Source of the DNA: an uncultured Candidatus Saccharibacteria bacterium
Lineage (GTDB): Bacteria; Patescibacteriota; Minisyncoccia; Phycocordibacterales; UBA9973
Direction: 5' to 3'
DNA: 64,000 nucleotides
NCBI GenBank assembly: GCA_964469225.1
Contig: CAYXYC010000001.1
Span: 27,556-91,555, forward strand
This document shows positions 9,441 through 18,696 of the stretch, piece by piece. Within the stretch, counting starts at the first letter, position 1; every line of letters starts with the position of its first letter. Below the pieces are notes generated by a model. The model saw only the letters and a list, made by a program, of their open reading frames with translations, was not told where the DNA came from and searched no databases. The translations under genes were made by a program, and so were the position numbers.

Positions 9441-10940
9441 ATGGAACCACAACACAACAGTAGAAAACGAGCGATTACTATTACGATTATTGTCGTAGCA
9501 ATTCTTTTGCTTGTTGTTTATATTTTGTCTCAAACAACAACAATCTTTGGAACAAAGGGATCATCAACAAGTAATAAAAGTTTTATACCTCTTCTTGGAA
9601 CTTCAAAACAAAAAGCAGTAAACCCGATTGATCAAGGAGAAGAGGTAACCCTTCCAACAGGAACAGTCACGCAGACAACAGGTGGTGGTGAGCCAACAAA
9701 CAACCCGCTCCCAACACCAAATGGCAAAGGTCCATTTGTAGTACTCTCGGTTACACCCAAAACACTTCCAGTTGCTGGTGGCAAAATAAAGCTTACATGG
9801 CAAGGAGAAAATGTCATTTCTTGTATCCCAAGTTGGACAGGAAAGAAAATCACTCAAACAAGTGGCACCTCAAATGAAATCACAGTAAAGAAAACGCGTG
9901 TCTTTGGTATTTCGTGTGCAAACGGACAAGGACAGCAGGCAAGCGCAAGCACACAAGTTACTGTTGGAGAAAATGCCCTTCAGGTATCACTTCGTGCAAC
10001 ACCAAACACGCTCATTGAATCAGGAAATGTTGTTTTAACATGGACAAGCAAGAGCACAGTGAAATCTTGTACACCAGGATGGACAAACAAAAAAGATGCT
10101 GCTCAAGGAGAAGTAACTGTTCCTGTTAGTCAATCACAAACATTTCTAATTAGTTGTACAGATGGCGCTCTAACCGAAATTGCCGAAGCAGATGTTGTTG
10201 TTGGTTCATTTGAAAAAACCCCTCAGTGTCGAGATGGAGTTGATAATGATGGAGACAACGCCGTAGATGCACTAGATAGCGCGTGTCATAGCAATTTTGA
10301 TGCGAGTGACGACACAAGTTATGTTCCAACAATTGCCGACGAGGCGCGTCTTCCAACTGAAACAACAAATGCAGACAGGTGTAAGATTGTAGACGATAAT
10401 CCACTTACATTTACTGATGTTGAAAAACGACAACTTGATCTTCTGCTTCGTCAGTTCTATCGAATCGCGCCAAATCTAAAAACTGAAGATGATGTTGTTT
10501 TTGAAAAAGAAGCTCGTCTTGGATATATTGATCTTGTTAAAGAAGTAAAAAGTCTAACAAAACAATGTTACGCACAACAATATCCAGCAGAAAACAACGC
10601 GGTTCGTGTCGCTCTCGGCGCAACACCGAACTACACAGGCCCTCTTGAAAAGAAAACTAATCCATATTTCCAGCCAGATGGAGTTGTAAGTTCACCATCA
10701 TACATCACAAAAAGTTATATCGAGTCCAAATTTACCGCCCAGCAGAACACAATGATCGCCCAACAAGCACTCGTCGTGTCGAAGCTTGACGCAAAAATTA
10801 AATCTGCACAAACCAACGCTCAGGCAATACTCTTTACACAGTTACGAAACTACGAACAGAACATTCTAGACCAGTTTAAAAACAACATATCAACGGCAAA
10901 TCAATTCATCTTGATAGAAAAACTTCTTCAGGTTTGGTAA
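9441..10940 (+). CDS. membrane-anchored surface protein with two tandem Ig-like repeats and a DxDxDG-type acidic motif
   Basis: N-terminal TM (ITITIIVVAILLLVVYIL). Internal ~100-aa repeats (...TWQGENVISCIPSWTGKK / ...TWTSKSTVKSCTPGWTNKK). CRDGVDNDGDNAVD motif. Confidence 0.5.
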   Translation: MEPQHNSRKRAITITIIVVAILLLVVYILSQTTTIFGTKGSSTSNKSFIPLLGTSKQKAVNPIDQGEEVTLPTGTVTQTTGGGEPTNNPLPTPNGKGPFVVLSVTPKTLPVAGGKIKLTWQGENVISCIPSWTGKKITQTSGTSNEITVKKTRVFGISCANGQGQQASASTQVTVGENALQVSLRATPNTLIESGNVVLTWTSKSTVKSCTPGWTNKKDAAQGEVTVPVSQSQTFLISCTDGALTEIAEADVVVGSFEKTPQCRDGVDNDGDNAVDALDSACHSNFDASDDTSYVPTIADEARLPTETTNADRCKIVDDNPLTFTDVEKRQLDLLLRQFYRIAPNLKTEDDVVFEKEARLGYIDLVKEVKSLTKQCYAQQYPAENNAVRVALGATPNYTGPLEKKTNPYFQPDGVVSSPSYITKSYIESKFTAQQNTMIAQQALVVSKLDAKIKSAQTNAQAILFTQLRNYEQNILDQFKNNISTANQFILIEKLLQVW

Positions 10941-10999
10941 TCTGTGATTTTTGAGGATAAAAAGGGGATTTCTTGTTTAAAAATTGATATACTATTAGT

Positions 11000-13363
11000 G
11001 TGAAGAAACTAACTTCAACGATTATCTTCGTATCTATACTTGCGAGTACATTCTGCGCTCCTTTTTTTGGTAATGGATTTTCTCATTTTCAAATACCTCG
11101 TGCCGAAGCAATAAATGAAGCCAATTCTACTTATGGACTAAGTCAAGAATCTAAAGATGTTTTAAAAGAAGGAGAGGAAGCAAAAAAAGCAACCGCCCCT
11201 GATACCGACCCTGAAATGCTTCCAGCCTGTGGGTTTGATGCTGGGGTGGTACAAGTTGGGAATAGCAACGGAACATTTGTTGGTTGTATTGCTCAGGCAT
11301 TCTATTATGTGCTTTTTGTACCAACATCATATATCTTTGCTCTTTCTGGAATGTTTTTTGATTTCACTTTTGCATATTCTATTGATGATGGATCATACAA
11401 AACACCATTCATTACCCAAGGCTGGGCGCTAATTCGTGATATGGTCAACATGTTCTTTATCTTCGTGCTTCTCTTTGTTGCATTCAAAACAATTCTCAAT
11501 GTTGCGCATGGAAAAACAAAAGAACTTGTAATGAATGTTGTTATCATTGGAATATTGATTAATTTCAGTCTCTTTGCCGCACAAGTGATTGTTGATACAT
11601 CAAATATTCTAGCGCGAGTATTCTACAACGATGACGCAATCAAAATAACTAAGGGTGGTGAGAGGGGTGGTAGCGCACTTTATGACAAAGGAGCAAATGG
11701 TGAAGTGCAACTCTCGGCAGCACTGGTAAATAAAATTAATCCTCAAAACCTTATTAGTCAGGCAAGTAAAGTGAATGACATGTCGACAGTAGGAAACGCG
11801 GATTCTGCCTCTGACCTATCGTCAGACGGAGTACGAACACTAACTGCTGGTACATTTATTCTTGTTACAATTCTTGCTTCAATTGTTAATATTGTTGGAA
11901 TATTCACATTTCTTTCGGTTGGACTTATTTTTGTGGCACGAGTTATAGGGCTCTGGTTTGCAATGATTCTTGCACCGCTTGCATTCTTCACATATACCGT
12001 TCCGTCACTTCAAAATGAAAAGATTTTTGGGTGGAAAAGTTGGTGGTCTGATCTTTTCAGGCTGTCATTCCTGGCACCAATTTTTATATTCTTTATGTAT
12101 CTCATCCTTCGTTTCCTTGAAAGTGGAATGAATTTCATTGGTCTTGATAATCTCACTGGGGCTGAGTGGGTAATCGCGATTATCATTCCTTTTATTTTTA
12201 TAATGATAATGCTCCTTCAAGCAAAAAATATTGCAAAGGATTACGCAGGAACTATTGGTCAGACAATTACGAATTATGTTGCGGCAGCGGGAGGGTTTGC
12301 GCTTGCTGTTGGTACAGGCGGGGCAGCAATGATTGGACGAGGTATGGGGGGCATGGCGGCGCGCGCATCAGCAGGAGAGACACTCACACAACGATTTGCT
12401 GACCCAACCAAAAGGGGAACAATGAAATGGTATCAGAAGGCTGCGGGTTGGTCAGGAAACAAGCTTGGTATGAATAAGGTGTTTGGAAAGACCGTAGTTG
12501 GCGGTAGAGCAACAACCGGCGTTGGTGGAATCCTAAATAGGTCACAAGAAAAAGTTAACAAAGTTGATCACGCAAGACACACAGTAGATGAAGCCAAAGA
12601 AAAGGCTGGACTTAAAGATGTTGCATGGTCACGACTATCTGCAATACAACGGGAAAAAGTTCTTACTGAGTTTAAGAAAACAAATAAAGATAAACTCACA
12701 ACGGTGGCAGAGGAAAAAATAAAAAGTGGCTTAGCGTTCGATACCAGTGGTAACCCAATTCAAGGCTTCAGTGACTACAAGGCAGATAGACACTTAGACG
12801 AAGAACAAGCATACAGAGTGGCCAAGGGTATTACAGGAATGACACCACTAACAGCACCACAACAGGATGAATTAAACAAAAGAAAACTTGCGCTTGATAA
12901 AAAAATTAATAGCGACTACGAGAATACCATACTTAAACCAAATATTAATTTACAAGTATCAGTAGAAGCAGAAAAAGAATTTGAACACGAAAAAGAAGAA
13001 TCCAACAAACAAGTTTCCGGATTCACCCGCGCGACATCTCAGGCAAACACTGGTAGTTGGAATGTTAGCAATCTTTCACAACTTAAACAAGATAAAAGAG
13101 AAGGTGTATTTACCAAGGCCGCAACAGTAAGCACAGCACTTTTGAGTGGGCAATTACGCAATGCAATTGGAGCAATTGGCTTTAAATATGGAAAAGGAGC
13201 AACCGGTGAAGAAAAATACACCAACCAAAGCAAATTTATTGATGATTTGAAAAACGGTATTGCTGAAGCATTCAAAACAGCCAACATTAATGTAACAGTT
13301 AACACCGGCGGTAGTGGAGGAGAAAAGAAAAAAGATGATCACGGTGGCGGAGGGCATCACTAA
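11000..13363 (+). CDS. VirB6/TrbL-like polytopic membrane protein with long hydrophilic C-terminal extension (T4SS-like channel component candidate)
   Basis: Signal-like N-terminus, then at least 6 strongly hydrophobic helices (about 100-420 aa), then a ~350-aa K/E-rich tail ending GGSGGEKKKDDHGGGGHH. Its position upstream of VirB3/VirB4-like genes mirrors Tn916 orf15-17. Confidence 0.45.
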   Translation: MKKLTSTIIFVSILASTFCAPFFGNGFSHFQIPRAEAINEANSTYGLSQESKDVLKEGEEAKKATAPDTDPEMLPACGFDAGVVQVGNSNGTFVGCIAQAFYYVLFVPTSYIFALSGMFFDFTFAYSIDDGSYKTPFITQGWALIRDMVNMFFIFVLLFVAFKTILNVAHGKTKELVMNVVIIGILINFSLFAAQVIVDTSNILARVFYNDDAIKITKGGERGGSALYDKGANGEVQLSAALVNKINPQNLISQASKVNDMSTVGNADSASDLSSDGVRTLTAGTFILVTILASIVNIVGIFTFLSVGLIFVARVIGLWFAMILAPLAFFTYTVPSLQNEKIFGWKSWWSDLFRLSFLAPIFIFFMYLILRFLESGMNFIGLDNLTGAEWVIAIIIPFIFIMIMLLQAKNIAKDYAGTIGQTITNYVAAAGGFALAVGTGGAAMIGRGMGGMAARASAGETLTQRFADPTKRGTMKWYQKAAGWSGNKLGMNKVFGKTVVGGRATTGVGGILNRSQEKVNKVDHARHTVDEAKEKAGLKDVAWSRLSAIQREKVLTEFKKTNKDKLTTVAEEKIKSGLAFDTSGNPIQGFSDYKADRHLDEEQAYRVAKGITGMTPLTAPQQDELNKRKLALDKKINSDYENTILKPNINLQVSVEAEKEFEHEKEESNKQVSGFTRATSQANTGSWNVSNLSQLKQDKREGVFTKAATVSTALLSGQLRNAIGAIGFKYGKGATGEEKYTNQSKFIDDLKNGIAEAFKTANINVTVNTGGSGGEKKKDDHGGGGHH

Positions 13364-13384
13364 TTAAATAATTTATTAACATGA

Positions 13385-13664
13385 ATCCCGTTAGAGATTA
13401 TTCATGTTCTATTACACTTACATTTTAAAAAGCAAAAAAGATGGTAGGATATACACTGGATATACAAAAGATTTACGGAAGCGCCTAACACAACACAACG
13501 AAGGTTTATCTACACATACAAAAAACAGGGGTCCATTTATTATTATTTATTACGAAGCATGTATGTCAGAAGAAAAAGCACGGTCGAGAGAATTATATTT
13601 AAAATCTGGTATGGGCAAGCGTTATTTAAAAAATAGATTAGGCGCTTCCTATCTCTAACGGGAT
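13385..13664. repeat. 14-bp perfect inverted repeat pair flanking the GIY-YIG ORF
   Basis: atcccgttagagat (13385-13398) and atctctaacgggat (13651-13664). Confidence 0.7.
13404..13658 (+). CDS. GIY-YIG nuclease family small protein
   Basis: YYTYILKSKKDGRIYTGYTKDLRKRLTQHN matches the GIY-x10-YIG plus R...H/N core; 84 aa. Confidence 0.7.
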   Translation: MFYYTYILKSKKDGRIYTGYTKDLRKRLTQHNEGLSTHTKNRGPFIIIYYEACMSEEKARSRELYLKSGMGKRYLKNRLGASYL

Positions 13665-14721
13665 GAATCAAGAACAACTACAAAAATTAATCGTTGAAAT
13701 GCACAGCAAGCTCTCACCAAGGGCGCAAGAAGTTTTTTCGTCAATGGTGTGGGCTGATACTCTATCTCTGATTGAGAAAAAATATGCGCTCAATGAAACA
13801 CAAATCAGGACACTTGGAACAGAAACAACCCTTGCACTCTTGGGTGTTATTGGAATTGATGAATATGAGAAAGAGGTTGCTCGCGCCCTTGCTCACCCTG
13901 ATGAAATTACAAAAAAGATTCTTGCTGAAATTCGCGAACGAATTTTCTCGGGAATCGTGCAAGACCTAGCCGATGCGCATAGCAAAAACAAAGACAAACA
14001 AATATCAATCGAAGGATACACAGACCCGAGGTTTGCTGGCTTGCCACCGCTACTTCTAAAAGCAATTTCAGAATCAGGGTATCAGAAAAAACTCTACGAA
14101 CTTGGCACAAAACACAAACTTGCAATTGATACAATGGCAGGACTTGAAGATCTGACGATTCAATTTATGAAAGGGGAGATAGAACCAGCACAATACGAAA
14201 AAGAACTTGTTGCCTCACTCGGAATCAAACCAGATGCAAGTAAAGAAATAGCAAATGATATCAATACAACCATTCTTTTGCCAATTCGCGAACTCATGAA
14301 AAAAGAAGAACAGAAAGCGGTAACAACACCCGATATCCCATTCCCGCCATACCGCCCAACAATTAATGCAACACTCCCAAAGACACAATCAGGAATTCTC
14401 GCTACGGCTGGAATCGAAATGATCCATGACGACTACACACAAAACGACAGAAGTGTTCCAACAACAAAAAACGAAGATGGAGTGCTCACACAAGCAGGTA
14501 TTTCGGTTATTGATGAGAAACGCTCTTTAAACGAAGAACATATTCTACCAAGCCCAAGTAATCGCAATCGCGCGCTTGAAGGAATTGAACACCCGGCAAA
14601 AACAATGACCTCAATTCATGAGGAAAAACTCCAAAAAACAACCACAAGTACACCACAAACAAGTGATTACTCCCTACCTAAAATAGGTGGTGGTGATATA
14701 TACCGAGAACCAATCGGATAA
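13663..14721 (+). CDS. hypothetical acidic protein
   Basis: 352-aa ORF with no recognised motifs; its start codon lies inside the right inverted-repeat arm flanking the GIY-YIG ORF. Confidence 0.45.
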   Translation: MNQEQLQKLIVEMHSKLSPRAQEVFSSMVWADTLSLIEKKYALNETQIRTLGTETTLALLGVIGIDEYEKEVARALAHPDEITKKILAEIRERIFSGIVQDLADAHSKNKDKQISIEGYTDPRFAGLPPLLLKAISESGYQKKLYELGTKHKLAIDTMAGLEDLTIQFMKGEIEPAQYEKELVASLGIKPDASKEIANDINTTILLPIRELMKKEEQKAVTTPDIPFPPYRPTINATLPKTQSGILATAGIEMIHDDYTQNDRSVPTTKNEDGVLTQAGISVIDEKRSLNEEHILPSPSNRNRALEGIEHPAKTMTSIHEEKLQKTTTSTPQTSDYSLPKIGGGDIYREPIG

Positions 14722-14743
14722 TCTCGTGATAGAATAAAGATAT

Positions 14744-15178
14744 ATGCAATTTAAGGTTCCACAATTCATTGATATTGAGGATACATTGTTTGGGCCATTT
14801 ACCTTTCGTCAATTCGCCTACCTTGTTGGTGGAGGAGGAATGATTTTTGTATTGTATAAATTGTTACCTTTTTGGATTGCCATTTTCTTTATTCTTCCAA
14901 TCGGAATTTTGACTGGACTTTTAACTTTTTACAAAATCAACAACAAGCCTTTTATTTATTACCTCCAAGCGGGTATTAGTTATGCGCTCACTAGTAAACT
15001 CTATGTCTGGAAACAGCGTCTCGTAAAACCAACACAGAAAAAAGAAGAGGGGAAACCGATTGCCGAGACACCCACTGTTCCAGTCCTCTCATCAAGCAAG
15101 TTGTCTGACTTGGCATGGGGTCTTGATATGCCGACAGAAGAAACGCAAGCAACCGAAAATCAAAAACCATTAAGGTAA
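14744..15178 (+). CDS. VirB3/PrgI-like small membrane protein (two TM helices)
   Basis: 144 aa with two hydrophobic helices (GGGGMIFVLYKLLPFWIAIFFILPIGILTGLL), immediately upstream of the VirB4-like ATPase, as in Gram-positive T4SS (Tn916 orf17 / PrgI). Confidence 0.5.
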   Translation: MQFKVPQFIDIEDTLFGPFTFRQFAYLVGGGGMIFVLYKLLPFWIAIFFILPIGILTGLLTFYKINNKPFIYYLQAGISYALTSKLYVWKQRLVKPTQKKEEGKPIAETPTVPVLSSSKLSDLAWGLDMPTEETQATENQKPLR

Positions 15179-15199
15179 TGTGATATAATAATTTTATAT

Positions 15200-15838
15200 A
15201 TGGCACTCGACGCTCGCGCTGCGCAAGAATTCGTTCCAATTAAAGAAGTTCGTGATGGCATCATTATTCTCAAAGATGGTGGTCTTCGAGCGATTCTAAT
15301 CGCATCATCAATAAACTTATCGCTCAAATCATCTGACGAACAAATTGCCATCATTAATCAATTTCAAAATTTTTTGAATGGACTTGATTTTCCAACACAG
15401 ATTGTTATGCAGTCACGACGACTTGATATCCGACCATATCTCCTGATGCTTGAAAATCGTATCAAAGAACAAACAGAGCAACTCATTAAAATCCAAACCC
15501 GAGAATATATTAATTTCATCCGATCGTTCACTGATGAGGTAAACATCATGACCAAAACATTTTTCGTTGTTGTACCTTACACACCCGCAATCTTAAAATC
15601 AGGCGGTATTATTGAAAATATAATCGGCGGACGATCTAGTTCAGAAAACAAAAAGCAGGGAGATACAGCGGATTTTGAAGAAAAAAGATCACAACTTGAT
15701 CAGCGAGTGAGTGTTATTATGGGAGGATTGGGTAGTCTTGGTATTCGCAGTTCACAACTCAAAACAGAAGAAGTCGTTGAACTCTTCTATAAAACATTCA
15801 ACCCAGGAGATATTAGTCAGGGTATTCAATTAGAATAA
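15200..15838 (+). CDS. VirB4/TraE-like ATPase, N-terminal domain (separate ORF)
   Basis: EFVPIKEVRDGIIILKDGGLRAILIASSINLSLKSSDEQIAIINQF resembles the conserved N-terminus of Gram-positive VirB4 proteins (Tn916 Orf16 / TcpF / PrgJ), recalled from memory. Stop TAA lies 1 nt before the ATG of the next ORF. Confidence 0.5.
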   Translation: MALDARAAQEFVPIKEVRDGIIILKDGGLRAILIASSINLSLKSSDEQIAIINQFQNFLNGLDFPTQIVMQSRRLDIRPYLLMLENRIKEQTEQLIKIQTREYINFIRSFTDEVNIMTKTFFVVVPYTPAILKSGGIIENIIGGRSSSENKKQGDTADFEEKRSQLDQRVSVIMGGLGSLGIRSSQLKTEEVVELFYKTFNPGDISQGIQLE

Positions 15839-15839
15839 T

Positions 15840-17687
15840 ATGTCATTTCTATCATCACTATTTGGCAAAAAAGATTCATCTGGAACCACTTCAAAAGAAG
15901 GGCCTGTTGTAATGCCTGTTCTTCCAACAGAAATTTATCGCGCCGCAACACTTGAACTACAAGACATTATTGCACCATCAGCACTTCAAATTACTCCAAA
16001 GTCTCTAAATCTCGGAGACAAAATTACCAGAACATTCTTTGTTATTTCATATCCGCGATTTTTGACTGATAACTGGTTCTCTCCAATTATCAACCTAGAC
16101 AAAGTGTTTGATGTTTCTATTGCTATCCATCCGATTGAAACAGCAGAAATATTACGATCATTCCAGAAAAAAGTTGCTGAGGTGCAAAGTCAGATTTCTA
16201 TTCGTGAATCCAAAGGTCTCGTTCGCGACCCAATGCTTGATACTGCATATCGTGATCTTGAAAATCTTCGTGATAGTCTGATGCAAGCACAAGAAAAAAT
16301 GTTTAATGTTGGTTTATATATCACCGTTTATGCTGAAAGTGAGACTGATTTGTTCAAAATTGAAAGTGAGATCAAATCTCTCCTTGAATCAAAACTTATT
16401 TATTTGAAACCAGCGCTCTTTCAGCAGGCAGAAGCATTTAAAAGCGTTATCCCACTTGGTACAGATATTTTGGGTATTCACCAAAAGCTTAATACCGAAC
16501 CTCTTTCAAGTCTATTTCCATTTGTATCTTTTGATTTAACATCAGATAAGGGAATTCTTTATGGTGTAAATCGTCACAATTCAAGTCTTATTATTTTTGA
16601 CCGATTTTCACTACCAAACTATAACTCTATTACCTTTGCCACATCTGGTGCTGGTAAATCATACGCAACAAAACTAGAAGTTATCCGAACACTTATGTTT
16701 GATACCGAAGTCATTGTTATTGACCCGGAGCGCGAATACGAATATCTAGCCGAAGCGATGGGTGGACGATATTTCAATATTGCTCTTTCTTCTGATCACC
16801 ACATCAACCCGTTTGATTTACCAATTCCGAGCACCGATGAAACACCCGCCGATGTTTTGCGCGCAAACACAATTAACCTTGTTGGATTATTCCGTATAAT
16901 GCTCGGCGGACTAACGCCAGAAGAAGATTCAATCATTGACCGTGCCATCACAGAAACATATGCGATGAAGGACATCACCGCTGATTCAAATTTTGCTAAT
17001 ATTGAACCGCCACTTTTGACTGATTTTGAAATGGTGCTTGCTGGTATGGAAGGAAGTGAATCAGTTATCCAACGCCTCGCAAAATACACTCGTGGATCAT
17101 GGTCATCGTTCCTTAATCAACCATCAAATGTAGACATAAATAGAAAATTTGTTGTCTTTTCGGTTCGTGACATGGAAGATGAGTTGAAACCAGTCGCAAT
17201 GTATATCGTTACTCACTATATATGGAACGCTGTTCGTAAAAATATCAAAAAACGCCTTCTTGTTGTTGACGAGGCATGGTGGATGATGAAATCAGAAGAC
17301 ACAGCGTCTTTCCTGTATTCAATTGCAAAACGCGGACGAAAATACTATCTTGGGCTTGCGACAATTACCCAAGATGTTGGTGACTTTATGAAAAGTCCAT
17401 ACGGTGTGCCTATCGTAACAAACTCGTCACTTCAACTTCTGCTAAAACAATCCCCATCAACAGTTGATGTTCTCCAAAAAACCTTTAATTTAACAGATGA
17501 AGAAAAATACCTGCTTCTTGAAGCTAATGTCGGGGAGGGAATATTCTTTGCTGGACTAAAGCATGTTGCAGTTAAAACCATTGCATCGTATACCGAAGAC
17601 CAGATTATCACTTCTGACCCATCACAAATCCTTGCAATCAAAAAAGCCCGCGAAGAATTAATCAGTAGTGGACAAAAACCGCTCTAA
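15840..17687 (+). CDS. VirB4/TrbE/CagE-family T4SS ATPase, C-terminal ATPase portion
   Basis: Walker A FATSGAGKSYATK; Walker B / DEAW motif LLVVDEAWWMM; 615 aa. Confidence 0.75.
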   Translation: MSFLSSLFGKKDSSGTTSKEGPVVMPVLPTEIYRAATLELQDIIAPSALQITPKSLNLGDKITRTFFVISYPRFLTDNWFSPIINLDKVFDVSIAIHPIETAEILRSFQKKVAEVQSQISIRESKGLVRDPMLDTAYRDLENLRDSLMQAQEKMFNVGLYITVYAESETDLFKIESEIKSLLESKLIYLKPALFQQAEAFKSVIPLGTDILGIHQKLNTEPLSSLFPFVSFDLTSDKGILYGVNRHNSSLIIFDRFSLPNYNSITFATSGAGKSYATKLEVIRTLMFDTEVIVIDPEREYEYLAEAMGGRYFNIALSSDHHINPFDLPIPSTDETPADVLRANTINLVGLFRIMLGGLTPEEDSIIDRAITETYAMKDITADSNFANIEPPLLTDFEMVLAGMEGSESVIQRLAKYTRGSWSSFLNQPSNVDINRKFVVFSVRDMEDELKPVAMYIVTHYIWNAVRKNIKKRLLVVDEAWWMMKSEDTASFLYSIAKRGRKYYLGLATITQDVGDFMKSPYGVPIVTNSSLQLLLKQSPSTVDVLQKTFNLTDEEKYLLLEANVGEGIFFAGLKHVAVKTIASYTEDQIITSDPSQILAIKKAREELISSGQKPL

Positions 17688-17726
17688 TCCATTGTTTAGG
17701 GTTCGGGAATAGCATATAATAAAAGG

Positions 17727-18695
17727 GTGATTCGTATTTCTCGAACATTATTAATATGTACTATGCTTGCCATCTTTGGCGGAGTAGTGCATTTTTCTTC
17801 GGCAGCAATTGATATTGGAGGAGACGATATTGTAGTAACCGTTTCGCCACAATCTCCTCATGGATACCAAGACACAACAATTACACTTTCGAGCTATGCG
17901 ACAAACTTGAGCCTCGCTTCTATTGAGTGGAAAAAAGATGGGACACCGGTTCTGTCTGGTTTTGGAAAAACAACATATTCATTCAAAACAGGCGCGAGCG
18001 GTACCCCAATTCGTGTCACTATTACAATTGCTCTTTCAGAAGGAATCCAACTTTCAAAAGAAATTCTTATAACACCATCTGATCTCGATATTTTCTGGGA
18101 AGCACGCGATAGTTACACTCCACCATTTTATAAAGGCAAGGCTCTTCCATCATCAGAAGCAGTAATTAAAGTTGTTGCAATTCCAGCCCAAACAAAAAGC
18201 ACATTATCATATTCTTGGAAACAAAATTCATCATCAATTCCTCAATCAAGCGGATACAAGAAAAACACCCTCCTTGTTGTGAATGATATTTTACAATCAG
18301 CTGAAACCGTTTCTGTTGATGTAGCAAGTTCTGATGGCGCGTATGGAGCATCAGCAAATGTTGTTATTCCAATTGTAAGTCCAGACCTTGAGTTTTACAA
18401 AAAAACAGCAGACCAGGGAATCCTCTATGCGCAAGTGCTTGGTAGTGAAACAACACTTGAAGGGGATGATTTAAGTATTGTAGCTGAACCGTATTTTCTA
18501 AATCTTTATGATAAGAAAATGGCTTATAATTATCAATGGAAAATTAATGATCAAGATATCACAACACCCGTAGAACGAAATGAATTAACTATTCAACCGA
18601 ATTCACGCGGGGGGTATACATTGGTTGGGCTTTTGGTTGAAGAATCTAATTCATTATTTCAAAAAATCAGTCGCGTGCTTCGTGTAAATTTTTAA
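17727..18695 (+). CDS. secreted beta-rich repeat protein
   Basis: Signal-like N-terminus (LLICTMLAIFGGVVHFSSAA); internal ~100-aa repeats. Confidence 0.45.
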   Translation: MIRISRTLLICTMLAIFGGVVHFSSAAIDIGGDDIVVTVSPQSPHGYQDTTITLSSYATNLSLASIEWKKDGTPVLSGFGKTTYSFKTGASGTPIRVTITIALSEGIQLSKEILITPSDLDIFWEARDSYTPPFYKGKALPSSEAVIKVVAIPAQTKSTLSYSWKQNSSSIPQSSGYKKNTLLVVNDILQSAETVSVDVASSDGAYGASANVVIPIVSPDLEFYKKTADQGILYAQVLGSETTLEGDDLSIVAEPYFLNLYDKKMAYNYQWKINDQDITTPVERNELTIQPNSRGGYTLVGLLVEESNSLFQKISRVLRVNF

Positions 18696-18696
18696 T

